This document shows, piece by piece, positions 10,621 to 22,303 of a stretch of DNA of 64,000 nt. Position numbers and translations under genes: made by a program. Source of the stretch: a bacterium (lineage in GTDB: Bacteria; Hinthialibacterota; Hinthialibacteria; Hinthialibacterales; Hinthialibacteraceae). The notes beneath the pieces were generated by a model. That model was given only the letters and a program-made list of their open reading frames with translations, was not told the origin of the DNA and did not search any database. Each line of letters starts with the position of its first letter. The stretch's first letter is position 1. The DNA lies in the NCBI GenBank assembly GCA_963662285.2, contig CAXXMV010000002.1:512001-576000 (forward strand). Reading direction: 5' to 3'.

Positions 10621-12240
10621 TTAGGCTGTTTTAACCGCTTCGGCTACTTCAACCAATTTAGATTCATATTCCTTGCGGAAAAAGCGCAGCGTACTGATTA
10701 CTGGATTCGGCGCCGTCTGCCCTAATCCACAAAGACTTGTGTTTTTAACGACTTTGCATAATTCTTCTAATAATTCCAGGTCGTTGCGAGATGCCTTGCC
10801 TTGAGAAATCCGGTCAAGAAGGGTGTGCATCTGGTCAGTGCCCACACGGCAGGGGACGCATTTGCCGCACGATTCCGACATACAGAATTCCATGAAATAT
10901 TTAGCTACATCCAGCATGCTGGATGATTTATCCATGATAATCATACCGCCTGAACCCATTATCGATCCAAGTTTAGACAGCGAATCATAATCAACCGGCG
11001 TATCCAAATGTTCTTCAGGGATGCAGCCGCCAGACGGCCCCCCGGTCTGAACCGCCTTAAAGGGCTTATCACCGGGAATGCCTTCGCCAATTTCGAAAAT
11101 TATCTCTCTAAGCGACATGCCCATCGGCACTTCGATTAGGCCGGTATTATTAATACAGCCCGCCAGAGCAAAGACTTTAGTGCCCTTGCTTTTTTCAGAG
11201 CCGATTTCTGAAAACCACTCTGCGCCATTACGGATAATTGGAGCAATATTGGCGAATGTTTCGACATTATTAATTAAAGTTGGTTTGCCCCACACGCCTG
11301 ATTCAGCTGGATAAGGCGGCCTGGGTTTGGGTGAACCACGATGTCCTTCAATTGAGGCAATTAAAGCTGTCTCCTCACCACAAACAAACGCGCCTGCTCC
11401 CAAGCGAACGTCAATATGAAAGCCGAATGGCGTTCCCATAATGTTCTTGCCCAACAAAGCAAGCCGCTCAGCTTGCCTTATGGCTAAACGCAGTCGCTTG
11501 ATGGCGAGGGGGTATTCTGCGCGAATATAAATATATCCATGATCCGCACCCACCGCGTAAGCGGCCAGCGCCATTCCTTCTAAAACCCGGTGCGGATCGC
11601 TCTCGAGAATGCTTCGATCCATAAAAGCGCCCGGATCGCCTTCATCTGCATTACATACAATATATTTTTGGTTGCCGAATGCTTTTGATACGGTGCTCCA
11701 TTTCAATCCGGTGGGGTATCCGGCGCCTCCACGCCCACGAAGACCGCTGGCGAAGATTTCTTCGATCACCTCGCTGGGGCTCATATTAGTCAGCGCTTGT
11801 ATCAACGCATCATAACCGCCAACGGCAATCGCGTCTTCGATCTTTTCTGGATCTATCACGCCGCTATTTTCCAGAACGATCTTCTTCTGCTGTTGGAAGA
11901 AAGGAATCTTCATGGAGCATTTTAAGCGCTTGACTGGCTTGCCGCCTAAATTCTTCACAATATCTTCGGCGTCTTTTTCAGTTACGTTTTGATAAAGCGT
12001 CTTGCCTTCATCAACAGTCAATAAAGGCCCTTTCGAGCATAATCCCAAACATCCGACTCCTTTAACTTCACATGAATCTTGCAGTCCCTTATTTTTGACT
12101 TCTTCCGCTATAGAATTCAGAACTTTATCACTGTTAGCGGATAAGCAAGCGGCGGCGGTGCAAACGCAAATGTGATGTTCTTTCTCTTTATGCGCTTTTT
12201 GGTGTTCCTCGGCAATGCTCTGTATTTCTTCAGGATTCAT
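10621..12240 (-). CDS. hoxF: Diaphorase flavoprotein subunit (NuoF-like)
   Basis: [34 protein letters not shown] and [12 protein letters not shown] motifs; N-terminal thioredoxin-like 2Fe-2S domain. Confidence 0.95.
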   Translation of the reverse strand: MNPEEIQSIAEEHQKAHKEKEHHICVCTAAACLSANSDKVLNSIAEEVKNKGLQDSCEVKGVGCLGLCSKGPLLTVDEGKTLYQNVTEKDAEDIVKNLGGKPVKRLKCSMKIPFFQQQKKIVLENSGVIDPEKIEDAIAVGGYDALIQALTNMSPSEVIEEIFASGLRGRGGAGYPTGLKWSTVSKAFGNQKYIVCNADEGDPGAFMDRSILESDPHRVLEGMALAAYAVGADHGYIYIRAEYPLAIKRLRLAIRQAERLALLGKNIMGTPFGFHIDVRLGAGAFVCGEETALIASIEGHRGSPKPRPPYPAESGVWGKPTLINNVETFANIAPIIRNGAEWFSEIGSEKSKGTKVFALAGCINNTGLIEVPMGMSLREIIFEIGEGIPGDKPFKAVQTGGPSGGCIPEEHLDTPVDYDSLSKLGSIMGSGGMIIMDKSSSMLDVAKYFMEFCMSESCGKCVPCRVGTDQMHTLLDRISQGKASRNDLELLEELCKVVKNTSLCGLGQTAPNPVISTLRFFRKEYESKLVEVAEAVKTA

Positions 12241-12736
12241 CGCTCTTCCACCTTTGAACTCGTTTAACTACTTCATCTGGTTTCAAATTGCCTATAACTT
12301 CACCATCAAACACGGCGACAGGAGCGAGTCCGCAAGCTCCGACGCAACGCGCAGTAATCAATGATACCTTGTTATCTGGAGTGGTCTCTCCAGGCTTTAA
12401 CTGAAACTTTTCTTCTATTGCATGCAAAATCTTGGGAACCCCTTTTATATAACAGGCGGTTCCGGTGCACAACACGCAAGTATGTTCGCCGGGTGGCTTC
12501 ATACTGAAATAATGATAAAAAGTAGCAACACCATAAACCTGAGATAGAGGAACTCGTAATGAAGCAGAGATAAACTCAAAGGCCTCTTCATCCAGATACC
12601 CAAACACCTCCTGTACTGTATGCAGCGTCTCGATAAGCGAGCTTGCTTTATGTCCGTGACGTCGCATTGCAGCGCCAACCATTTTCCAGCGCTTATCATC
12701 TGTTGGTGGAGAGGGTTTGGAAAAATTTGTATGCAT
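12230..12736 (-). CDS. hoxE: Diaphorase 2Fe-2S subunit (NuoE-like)
   Basis: [14 protein letters not shown] and CVGAC motifs; first gene of the operon, GGAG RBS. Confidence 0.93.
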   Translation of the reverse strand: MHTNFSKPSPPTDDKRWKMVGAAMRRHGHKASSLIETLHTVQEVFGYLDEEAFEFISASLRVPLSQVYGVATFYHYFSMKPPGEHTCVLCTGTACYIKGVPKILHAIEEKFQLKPGETTPDNKVSLITARCVGACGLAPVAVFDGEVIGNLKPDEVVKRVQRWKSDES

Positions 12737-13109
12737 AGTGTGCTCCTTCCAAATATATTGTTCACAAAAAACTACGTATTACGAGGGCAGACTAAATATT
12801 CAATATTAATAAAACTAGGTTCTTCAGAAAAAACATATTTTAATAGAGTATTTTACATAATTAATGATGTTCACGTTCGTGCTTAAAAAAATGCGGTAAA
12901 AAATAGCTTTTTCTAAAATCAGGCGCGATAATAAACAAAAGTAATTATTTTAGAAATCCGTTCTAGATCGATAAAATAATGATGATCAAGCACTGATAAC
13001 CCTATAATATTATTCTATTTGCTTCTAAAAAAATGCCAAACCCTATGGATAAATAAAATTAAATATAATTTAATCGATTTTCCTGGAGATATGATTAACC
13101 GGAATTTCT

Positions 13110-14219
<1,110 letters not shown>

Positions 14220-14285
14220 TTACCTTTCATCAAGGGGGTAATGGCCTAAAGTCTGGTTGAATTGAATTATGAATTTATTGAGGAT

Positions 14286-15671
14286 TTACAACAAGCCGTA
14301 TTTTTTGCCTTTTTCACGAATTGTCTTTCGACTGGCGCCGGATATCTGAGATGCTTTTGATATATTACCATCCACTTCTTCAAGAAGATCTGCTAAATAG
14401 CGTCGCTCGAAAGTTTCCACCGCCGCGTAAAAGGGCGTTCCCAGGCTGGCCTGGTTTTGGTTTAACAACGCTGGTTTTGGCTCTACATTGGTTGACGAGT
14501 GCCCGATCATCAGATCTCTTACTTCTACTGTATTTCCTTCCGCAAAAACCACAGCCCGGTCTACTACGGTTCTCAGTTCTCGAACGTTGCCCGGCCATGA
14601 ATGCATCATCATCGCATCAATAGCGCCTGAACTGAATGAACCGGGGATTTGGTCATAATGCACTGCGTTCAATTCTAAAAAATTCTGCGCCAGTATAGGA
14701 ATATCCTCCTTACGTTCACGCAAGGGAGGTATCTCGATCACAAAACCGGCAAGACGGTAATAAAGGTCTTCACGAAATTGTCCGGTATCAACCAGTTTTG
14801 ATAGATCGGCGTTAGATGCAGCTAAAACGCGAACATCAATCGAAACCATATTATTTTCTCCCAGGCGGCGGACTTTCTTTTCTTCAATTACCCGAAGCAG
14901 ACGAGACTGAAGGTAATGAGATGAATTACCAACCTCGTCTAAAAGCATTGTTCCACCATGGGCTGTTTCGATCATGCCAATACGGTCAGCGGTTGATCCG
15001 GTAAAAGAACCTTGTTTATGACCGAAGAGTTCACTCTCCAGTAAAGTATCTGAAAGCGCCCCGCAATCGATGGGGACAAAACGTTTGGCGGCGCGGGTAC
15101 TGGAAAAATGTATGGCATTAGCAACAAGTTCCTTGCCGACTCCGCTTTCTCCCTGAATCAATACAGAACTGTGCATCCGGGACATACGGGGTATTAGTTT
15201 GAATATACGCCGCATGGATGTGGATTTCCCGATTAAACCATGAAAAGTATGAGAGTTACGATCCCCATCACGTACAAGAACCCGTTGTCGAATGCGATCA
15301 ATATTAAAGATAATATCCTGTGGTTCCACAGGTTTGATCAGATAATTGAAGGCGCCGCATCGCATTGCTTCAACAGCGCTGTCAACTGTTCCATAGCCAG
15401 TGATAATCATCACTTCGGCGTCCGGTTGGATTGCTTTCGCTTCCCGAAGCAGGTGGACTCCATCCAAGCCGGGCATGGAAAGATCGGTTAGGATCAGATC
15501 ATATGATTGACGTTCTATCGTATCGAGGGCTTCCTCTCCATTATAAGCCACATCGACAGTGTTGCCCTCACCCACCAGCAAATCACTGAGAGTCGATACC
15601 ATATCCGGTTCGTCATCTACAACCAGAACCTTTAGAGCGATGTCATCCAGAACTTCCACCATGAAAACCAA
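14286..15671 (-). CDS. NtrC-family sigma54-dependent response regulator (REC-AAA+-HTH)
   Basis: REC domain; Walker A GESGVGKE; ESELFGH-x2-GSFTGS; LDEV; WPGNVREL; Fis-type HTH. Exact start uncertain. Confidence 0.92.
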   Translation of the reverse strand: MVFMVEVLDDIALKVLVVDDEPDMVSTLSDLLVGEGNTVDVAYNGEEALDTIERQSYDLILTDLSMPGLDGVHLLREAKAIQPDAEVMIITGYGTVDSAVEAMRCGAFNYLIKPVEPQDIIFNIDRIRQRVLVRDGDRNSHTFHGLIGKSTSMRRIFKLIPRMSRMHSSVLIQGESGVGKELVANAIHFSSTRAAKRFVPIDCGALSDTLLESELFGHKQGSFTGSTADRIGMIETAHGGTMLLDEVGNSSHYLQSRLLRVIEEKKVRRLGENNMVSIDVRVLAASNADLSKLVDTGQFREDLYYRLAGFVIEIPPLRERKEDIPILAQNFLELNAVHYDQIPGSFSSGAIDAMMMHSWPGNVRELRTVVDRAVVFAEGNTVEVRDLMIGHSSTNVEPKPALLNQNQASLGTPFYAAVETFERRYLADLLEEVDGNISKASQISGASRKTIREKGKKYGLL

Positions 15672-15775
15672 CCCATTATTACAAATGATATTATCAGATT
15701 TTCAAAATCCAAAATTCAGTGTGAGTTTCGTCTTGTATTAACTTTTTGCCTACTCATCATTCTTTCGTCCGTTTA

Positions 15776-16690
15776 TTAACTTACGGCTCGTTCTCTAATG
15801 GAATGATTTTTATTTTCTAAAACAGAACCCTTCTCTGGACAAGGTTTCAGAGAAGGAAGACACACGCAAAATTGACTCCCTTTACCCACCTGGCTTGTCA
15901 CGGTTATGTCTCCACCCATGTCTTGAGCCAGGCTGCGGGCGATAGTCAAACCCAAACCGGTTCCCTGATCGCTTTTCTTTGATGTATAAAATTGATCAAA
16001 AATCCTGTCAATAAAATTCTTCGGAATGCCGCAGCCAGTATCACTGATGCTTATTTTGATCCCTTTTCCGAAAGGTTCGATCTGTATAGTAATTACTCCA
16101 TCGTCATCAATACTCTGGATTGCATTCAAAATCAGGTTCAACAGACATTCCTGAAGAGAATGACAATCGACAAGAAAAAAGGGTATTGAACTATAGTTTC
16201 GCTCTAATCGTATAGAACGCCATTCTAATTCTTTAGAGAATAATGTGAGAAGATTATCCACTGCTTTATGGATATCCATCGCTTCTTTTTTCCCGCGTGG
16301 AACAGAGGAAAGGTTAAGCAAATTATCAATGAATTCTCTTGCTCGAATAACGCTGCGCGTAATTACTTCAAGATTCTTATTTATATGTTCATCATCTTGT
16401 TTCAGAGCGCGATCAATATTGAATGCGGCCGTGCGGATCATCCCCAAAAGGTTGCGCATTTCATGGGCGACGCTTGAAGAAAGCTGGCCAATAGCCGCCA
16501 TCTTCTCCATCTGGGTTAGATGCAGAGGCAGCGAATTAAGATTTATTGAATCGTTGTTCGCAACTGTTGATGTGTTATATTCTGGTAATTGATCCACTTT
16601 ATTGTTTATAAGAGCCTCTTTCTGAATCAATATATGGTAAAATGATATTGTTCTTATTGAAATGCCGGGGATACTGGCAAATCTCTTCAA
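15776..16690 (-). CDS. Cytoplasmic histidine kinase with no evident sensor domain
   Basis: VAHEMRN H-box, NLILNAIQ, DTGCGI and GTGLGL. The start is uncertain and probably lies downstream of 16690. Confidence 0.85.
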   Translation of the reverse strand: MKRFASIPGISIRTISFYHILIQKEALINNKVDQLPEYNTSTVANNDSINLNSLPLHLTQMEKMAAIGQLSSSVAHEMRNLLGMIRTAAFNIDRALKQDDEHINKNLEVITRSVIRAREFIDNLLNLSSVPRGKKEAMDIHKAVDNLLTLFSKELEWRSIRLERNYSSIPFFLVDCHSLQECLLNLILNAIQSIDDDGVITIQIEPFGKGIKISISDTGCGIPKNFIDRIFDQFYTSKKSDQGTGLGLTIARSLAQDMGGDITVTSQVGKGSQFCVCLPSLKPCPEKGSVLENKNHSIRERAVS

Positions 16691-17486
16691 AATGATAATG
16701 AAATATATGAACTTTACTATTCCGCAAGTTATATAAAAAACAAGTACTGTTAGAAAAAGGGGGATTTTTAATATTTTCCGTCGAATTTATAGCCGCAGAA
16801 AACTTTACATAATTTTGACATTGCAGTCAATATGCTATTTATCCATCCCCATTACCATACATTTGTACTTGCGTTACTTTAGTATATGAATTAATAAGTG
16901 TCAACAGTTTTCTTTTCAATGATTTACAGGCATTAACTTCATATAAATAATCAATACTGGAACAAGCGCTCCATCATAATGGAGCCTTATTGTTCTACAA
17001 TCGACGCAATACATTGTTTTATCAATACTTATATTCGGAACCATATGCCCATTATTTAATGATTGTAATTGCTGTGGGCTATTAAGACCGCTTAACAAGT
17101 ATAGTTAAAATAAAGATTTATCTTTATTGATGGAACGAGTGGGACAGGAACGGAATAAACAGACCACTTGGTGCGTCCAATAACGCAATATCATTTTATT
17201 GGATGTTTTGCTTCCGAAATGCCTTATTATTTTTATGTATTAAATATTTACATGGAATCTCTACGATATTTAGTATTTACATAAATTACAGATTTGTATC
17301 CATGTCTATAATACCGGAAAATATTGGGCTTTTACGTATGCTGAACAGGACGAAATTAGTAATATAGCCGTTATAATGTCTTTCAATTCATTTTGATGGA
17401 CAACCAAGACCATTACTAGAGCTGGTAATAAAATTATATTCGTAGGCTAAGAATGTATTTTTATGCGCCGCTCAAAAGGAGCTATT

Positions 17487-18089
17487 ATGAAACGCTGGAT
17501 GTGGATTCTCCTATTTATTTTAGGATTTTTTCTGTTGGTCGGTTTTTGGACAGTCTCTACTATCATCGGAACCTATAATAATTTGGTAACTTTGGATCAG
17601 GATGTTGATGCGACATGGTCACAGGTAGAGAACCAGTTTCAGCGCCGGGCTGACCTGATTCCTAACCTGGTTCAAACCGTCAAAGCTTATGCAGAAAAAG
17701 AGGAAGCGATATTTACTCAAATTGCCGATGCTCGTTCCAGGATCGGATCGGCGCAATCACGCGTTCAACGTGAACAGGCTGAAAGTGAAATGAGCGGTTT
17801 TCTGTCGCGTTTATTGATGATAACTGAAAACTATCCTCAACTTAAATCCAATCAGAACTTTCTGAGTCTGCAAGCTCAGTTGGAAGGGACAGAGAATCGT
17901 ATATCGACTGAACGCCAGCGCTATATCCAAGCCATCAAACAATACAACCTTGCGGTCAAGATATTCCCAGGACGCCTGATTGCCGGATTCTTAGGATATG
18001 AATCACGCGAGTTTTATGAAGCGTCGCCTGAAGCCCAAACAGTTCCCAAAGTTGATTTTGGAAACACGGATACAACTAAAAAGGAATAA
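17487..18089 (+). CDS. lemA: LemA family protein
   Basis: N-terminal TM; WSQVENQFQRRADLIPNLV; ENYPQLKSNQNFLSLQAQLEGTENRI; AGGAG RBS. Confidence 0.93.
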   Translation: MKRWMWILLFILGFFLLVGFWTVSTIIGTYNNLVTLDQDVDATWSQVENQFQRRADLIPNLVQTVKAYAEKEEAIFTQIADARSRIGSAQSRVQREQAESEMSGFLSRLLMITENYPQLKSNQNFLSLQAQLEGTENRISTERQRYIQAIKQYNLAVKIFPGRLIAGFLGYESREFYEASPEAQTVPKVDFGNTDTTKKE

Positions 18090-18096
18090 ACATAGT

Positions 18097-18137
18097 TCGA
18101 GGGATTTGCATAAAGAATCATTATGCAAATCCCTCGA
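18097..18137. terminator. 17-bp hairpin between convergent lemA and cotH-like genes
   Basis: TCGAGGGATTTGCATAA-N7-TTATGCAAATCCCTCGA. Confidence 0.75.
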
Positions 18138-18195
18138 TAGCGGCTAACAAAAATTATTGGAACTTAAAAGTTTTAACGTATGTTATGTTGAGTAT

Positions 18196-20721
18196 CTAAT
18201 ACAACGACCAATTACTGACTGGCGTTTGCAATACAGTACTTAAATACTCCCGGCGCAAGCGTACGAATGTACGAAGAGTTTCGTAGGATTCATTAATCTG
18301 GCTTCGACGATCATCTCGCTCTCCACCCATTTGCTCTTCGAGCAGCAGCAAATCTGCCAGCAGAAATTGCTCAATCTCATCAATTTTGCTATACATCCGC
18401 TCTTCACTGAACGAATTATTGAATTCATGTGTTAAGCGATCAATATACTCCTGGTGTAAAACATTATTGTTGTGCAATCTACCTGTTACAGGACCAGTGG
18501 AGCGTGAGGCATGAGCGGCCTGTCCATTAAGCGGGAAATTAACCGGCATTTCTGCAAACATATGATTTGAATCAGTGTATCCCCATGTTTTATCTAAATC
18601 CCACGGAATTATCTCCCATTTTTGGGTATCGGGATCGAGGTACATCCAGTTATTGTTATGGAAACCATCCCAGTTGCTTGATAAAACTGAAGCTACGCTA
18701 TATGCCAAAAATTCATCGATCACTAAATTAGTGGTTAATGCTTCATAAAGTTCATCCTGATCTCTAGGTTTAAGCGCTATGGCCAATGCATCAATACTGT
18801 CAGTTCCATTTTCTAGATTGGTATGCGGTTCCCACAGCGGATTGACATAGTTTCGTTTAAATAAATCGGCATCGGGATTTCGGTCATTCATTTCCAAAAA
18901 GCGCTCGTTAATTTGTTGTATTAACAATTGCTGAGTTTGATATCCGTCGGTAATTACGCGGAACCAATCCGTGCGGGGAGACGGGATGCCGAATTCCCAG
19001 AAAAACCAAAATCCGAAATCTTCGCGATGCGGAGTGCTGGGTCCGGCAGTTGTGCTGCCAGATGGACTCTCTGGCAACATATTCAAAGTCCGGTCGCCAC
19101 GGAACTCTTCACCTTTCAGGAATTTAAGTTTATTTCCATTCCTGGAGGGATAGATCAGCGCCCCATCGAACACAAGAGGATGTTCTTCACCAACCGGCAA
19201 AATCACGGCGCCGCTTACATTGCGGCTCATTTCCGTCAATTTGGTTTGCCCCATGTTGTATGGCCAAAGAACCGGTAATAAAGATTGAATTTCTCCATCA
19301 TAAACAAAGTATGATTCGAAAGGTCTGAGAGTTGTTACATACGGTAAAGTCAATGGAGAACCATCATCCAGAGTGACGATAGCATTGAATCGAACCAGCG
19401 TTTGAGAATCCACAGGAGGAATTTGCGCCTCAAATGTAACAGTATCAATATCTTCCGCTAACCAGTTCATTACAATCCGGTTAAGTTTATCCTCCCCGCC
19501 GCTGGTTCTTTCACCTTCTAACAGATAAACGCCAGTACCATATGAACGGCTATCCAAGTCGCTGGTTAATCCGACTAAAGCTATTGTATTTTTGCCATTC
19601 TTCAGCAAACCGCTTGAATTATCAATTTGATACAATTCGGGTGTATTTAAGTCGTGACTTTTGGTTGCGATAGAATCGTGGGTCACTATTTCAGGAACAT
19701 TCTCACGGGCTACTTCAACGCCATTCAAGTAGCACACAAATCCTCCAGAAAAAAATACATACAAATAAGTGTTCGCTAATGTATCCGCATCTGGAATGGT
19801 AAACTCGCGGCGCAGGTAGACAGTTGAGTATTTACTCCTCATATCTATTAGTTGCGTAGATATCATATTGTTACCACCGTAACCATGCATTCCATTTCCC
19901 TGCTGCCAGGAAGAATCATCAAATTCAGGTTTTGTCCAATCTTTTCCTTCCGATGGTTCTTCTAAGCCTTTAGCATACCGGAACCTATCAAATCCAACTA
20001 CATACATCTCGGGTTGATTTGAGTTACCGCCAGTTCCCTGAACGGCTTCTTCCCACTGCAAGGTCACTGAATTAATGATGCTCGCTCCATCGAAATTCAA
20101 ACTAATTGTTACGTTATCCTTTGAAGTTGGATGTTCAGGAGTTATGTCGTGCGCAATGATCATAGGGCGGGGTTTGGCGTTGATTACTGAATTAACTGCT
20201 CCCGGAGTTCCATCACTCATCCATGAAGCCCGCCAACTATGATGGTCATCGGCAGGTAAATCCCATGAAATTCGTTCAAGAGTTGATCCATACCCATCAG
20301 AAGTTCTCGGCCAGGGTGGATTATCGTTATACTTAAGTTCCTCCACCACTGTTCCATCAGGTCGAACCAGGGTTAACCGTTCGCCGCTATTTGATAATAA
20401 ACCCTCATATGGTCCTAGAATGGATGAAGGGTTGCCTCGCCAGGTTCTTTGTTCAGGATCACGCGCCAAGATTAAATATTTCCCTGATTCCAAGACGGTC
20501 GCATCCGGGAAAGTAAAAGTAATGCCTTTGGTGAATTGATACCCCGATAGATCGATTGATTCCGGGCCGGGATTATACAATTCAACAAACTCGCGAAGAG
20601 AACCAGCCGTATATTGTACGTCAGTCGGGTTGTAACTAATTTCGTTAATCACTACATCCGCATATACAGCAAAGAAACTCACGCACATAAATAACGCCAG
20701 GCAAAAAAATCTTTTAATCAT
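18196..20721 (-). CDS. Secreted lamin-tail-domain / CotH-family kinase protein
   Basis: Signal peptide from MIKRFF (GGAG RBS); LTD motif VVINEISYNP...FVELYN; CotH motifs NWDG-HNNWMY and IIPWDLDKTWG; ends TPVSNWSLY. Confidence 0.85.
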   Translation of the reverse strand: MIKRFFCLALFMCVSFFAVYADVVINEISYNPTDVQYTAGSLREFVELYNPGPESIDLSGYQFTKGITFTFPDATVLESGKYLILARDPEQRTWRGNPSSILGPYEGLLSNSGERLTLVRPDGTVVEELKYNDNPPWPRTSDGYGSTLERISWDLPADDHHSWRASWMSDGTPGAVNSVINAKPRPMIIAHDITPEHPTSKDNVTISLNFDGASIINSVTLQWEEAVQGTGGNSNQPEMYVVGFDRFRYAKGLEEPSEGKDWTKPEFDDSSWQQGNGMHGYGGNNMISTQLIDMRSKYSTVYLRREFTIPDADTLANTYLYVFFSGGFVCYLNGVEVARENVPEIVTHDSIATKSHDLNTPELYQIDNSSGLLKNGKNTIALVGLTSDLDSRSYGTGVYLLEGERTSGGEDKLNRIVMNWLAEDIDTVTFEAQIPPVDSQTLVRFNAIVTLDDGSPLTLPYVTTLRPFESYFVYDGEIQSLLPVLWPYNMGQTKLTEMSRNVSGAVILPVGEEHPLVFDGALIYPSRNGNKLKFLKGEEFRGDRTLNMLPESPSGSTTAGPSTPHREDFGFWFFWEFGIPSPRTDWFRVITDGYQTQQLLIQQINERFLEMNDRNPDADLFKRNYVNPLWEPHTNLENGTDSIDALAIALKPRDQDELYEALTTNLVIDEFLAYSVASVLSSNWDGFHNNNWMYLDPDTQKWEIIPWDLDKTWGYTDSNHMFAEMPVNFPLNGQAAHASRSTGPVTGRLHNNNVLHQEYIDRLTHEFNNSFSEERMYSKIDEIEQFLLADLLLLEEQMGGERDDRRSQINESYETLRTFVRLRREYLSTVLQTPVSNWSLY

Positions 20722-20817
20722 CTTATACTCCATCTTGATTTGAGTTATTAGAATAATTCTGGTGGAGAACAATGTAATCATTCTCTGATTACTTAAACGT
20801 GTTTCTTCTCATATATA

Positions 20818-20869
20818 TACGAATATAAACTGTAAATTGTTCAATAAAAAAAATTATTGAACAATTTAC
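20818..20869 (-). promoter_or_regulatory. ECF-type promoter candidate overlapped by a perfect 16-bp inverted repeat
   Basis: Minus strand TGAAC-N17-CGTA (20843-20818). Inverted repeat GTAAATTGTTCAATAA-A6-TTATTGAACAATTTAC at 20832-20869. Confidence 0.45.
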
Positions 20870-20981
20870 CTATATAGTTTGTTGAATGAATTTAAGAAAT
20901 GGATTTGTTCTACTATTGCATGAATATATAATAAAAATAGTATACTAATTCACTTACATGGAAATTTTCATATACGTAATT

Positions 20982-21007
20982 CGGGGCGTGGATTAATCCA
21001 CGCCCCG
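20982..21007 (-). terminator. Palindromic hairpin downstream of sucC
   Basis: CGGGGCGTGGATTAATCCACGCCCCG is a perfect 26-bp palindrome about 30 nt after the sucC stop. Confidence 0.65.
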
Positions 21008-21035
21008 GTTAACAATAATCCTTGTTAAAAACTAA

Positions 21036-22199
21036 CTAATTTGCATTAATCGCCGCGACTACTTTCTCAGCCGCCTCGCCCAATCCACTTGCCACGATGA
21101 ATGGAAAATCAGCTTTATTGAGGATATCACGCGCTTCTTTGGCGTTGGTTCCTTGAAGCCGCGTCACTACGGGCATGTTAACCTCAACCTGCTTCATGGC
21201 TTCTACAATACCACTGGCGACGCGGTCGCAACGGACGATCCCGCCGAATATATTTACTAGCACTGCTTTGACGTCTTTATCTTTCATCAGGATGCGAAAA
21301 GCCGCCGCTACCCGCTCGACGCTGGCCGCTCCCCCTACATCAAGGAAATTGGCCGGCATTGATCCGGCCAGTTTAACCATGTCCATAGTAGCCATTGCCA
21401 AACCGGCGCCGTTGACCATACAGCCTACGTTGCCGTCTAGTTTGATATAGTTTAGGTTATGCATAGACGCTTCTACTTCGAGCGGCTCTTCTTCGGTCAA
21501 GTCGCGCAGCTCATGAAAATCCTGGCGGAACAAAGCGTTGTCATCCAGATTAATTTTGGCGTCTAGCGCGATTACGCGTCCATCGTCTGTTACAATTAAT
21601 GGATTAATCTCCACCAACGAAGCGTCACAAGCAGCGAAGACATTAAACAATTTTACCAGAAAATTCATGCATTCCTTAGCTTCTTTACCTCTTAATCCAA
21701 TACCGTAGGCCAGATTCTTGGCCTGAAATGGTAAAAGGCGTCCCAGGCATGAAATATGCGCTTTAAGGATTTTCTCAGGAGATAGAGCGGCAACTTCCTC
21801 AATCTCCATGCCGCCTTCGGATGAAGCCATAACAACTGGGCTCTCCGTCGTACGGTCGATAACAATACCGAGATAGAGTTCTTTGGCGATAGGTAGACCT
21901 TCTTCAACCAAAACCTTTTTAACTTTTTTGCCTTCTGGTCCGGTCTGATGGGTAATTAGCGTCATTCCTAGAATATTATTGGCGATTTGACCAGCTTCTC
22001 TTGGGGAGTTGGCTATTTTTACTCCACCGCCTTTGCCTCGTCCACCTGCGTGGATCTGTGCTTTAACCACCACTTTGTCTGATCCCAATAGATAAGCTAT
22101 GCGCTCAGCTCCATCAGCCGTCGATACAATCTGACCTCGAGGTATAGGAACATCGTATTTGCGCAGAATCTCCTTGGCTTGATATTCATGAATTTTCAT
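21036..22199 (-). CDS. sucC: Succinyl-CoA synthetase beta subunit
   Basis: MKIHEYQAK, KAQIHAGGRGKGGGV, NGAGLAMATMD, ANFLDVGG and NIFGGIVRCD motifs. Confidence 0.96.
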   Translation of the reverse strand: MKIHEYQAKEILRKYDVPIPRGQIVSTADGAERIAYLLGSDKVVVKAQIHAGGRGKGGGVKIANSPREAGQIANNILGMTLITHQTGPEGKKVKKVLVEEGLPIAKELYLGIVIDRTTESPVVMASSEGGMEIEEVAALSPEKILKAHISCLGRLLPFQAKNLAYGIGLRGKEAKECMNFLVKLFNVFAACDASLVEINPLIVTDDGRVIALDAKINLDDNALFRQDFHELRDLTEEEPLEVEASMHNLNYIKLDGNVGCMVNGAGLAMATMDMVKLAGSMPANFLDVGGAASVERVAAAFRILMKDKDVKAVLVNIFGGIVRCDRVASGIVEAMKQVEVNMPVVTRLQGTNAKEARDILNKADFPFIVASGLGEAAEKVVAAINAN

Positions 22200-22303
22200 T
22201 CCAGAACTCCTTTCACCAACCGTCAGCGTGTTATGCAAAATGATGTTCATATTTATGATATAAAACGAACATCATTTTGTTAACCGCTCTTGCCAACACC
22301 GGA

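Noticed and set aside
12755-12770. Rex operator upstream of hoxE
   Set aside because: Only one half-site (TTGTGAA on the - strand) is present; the partner half does not match.
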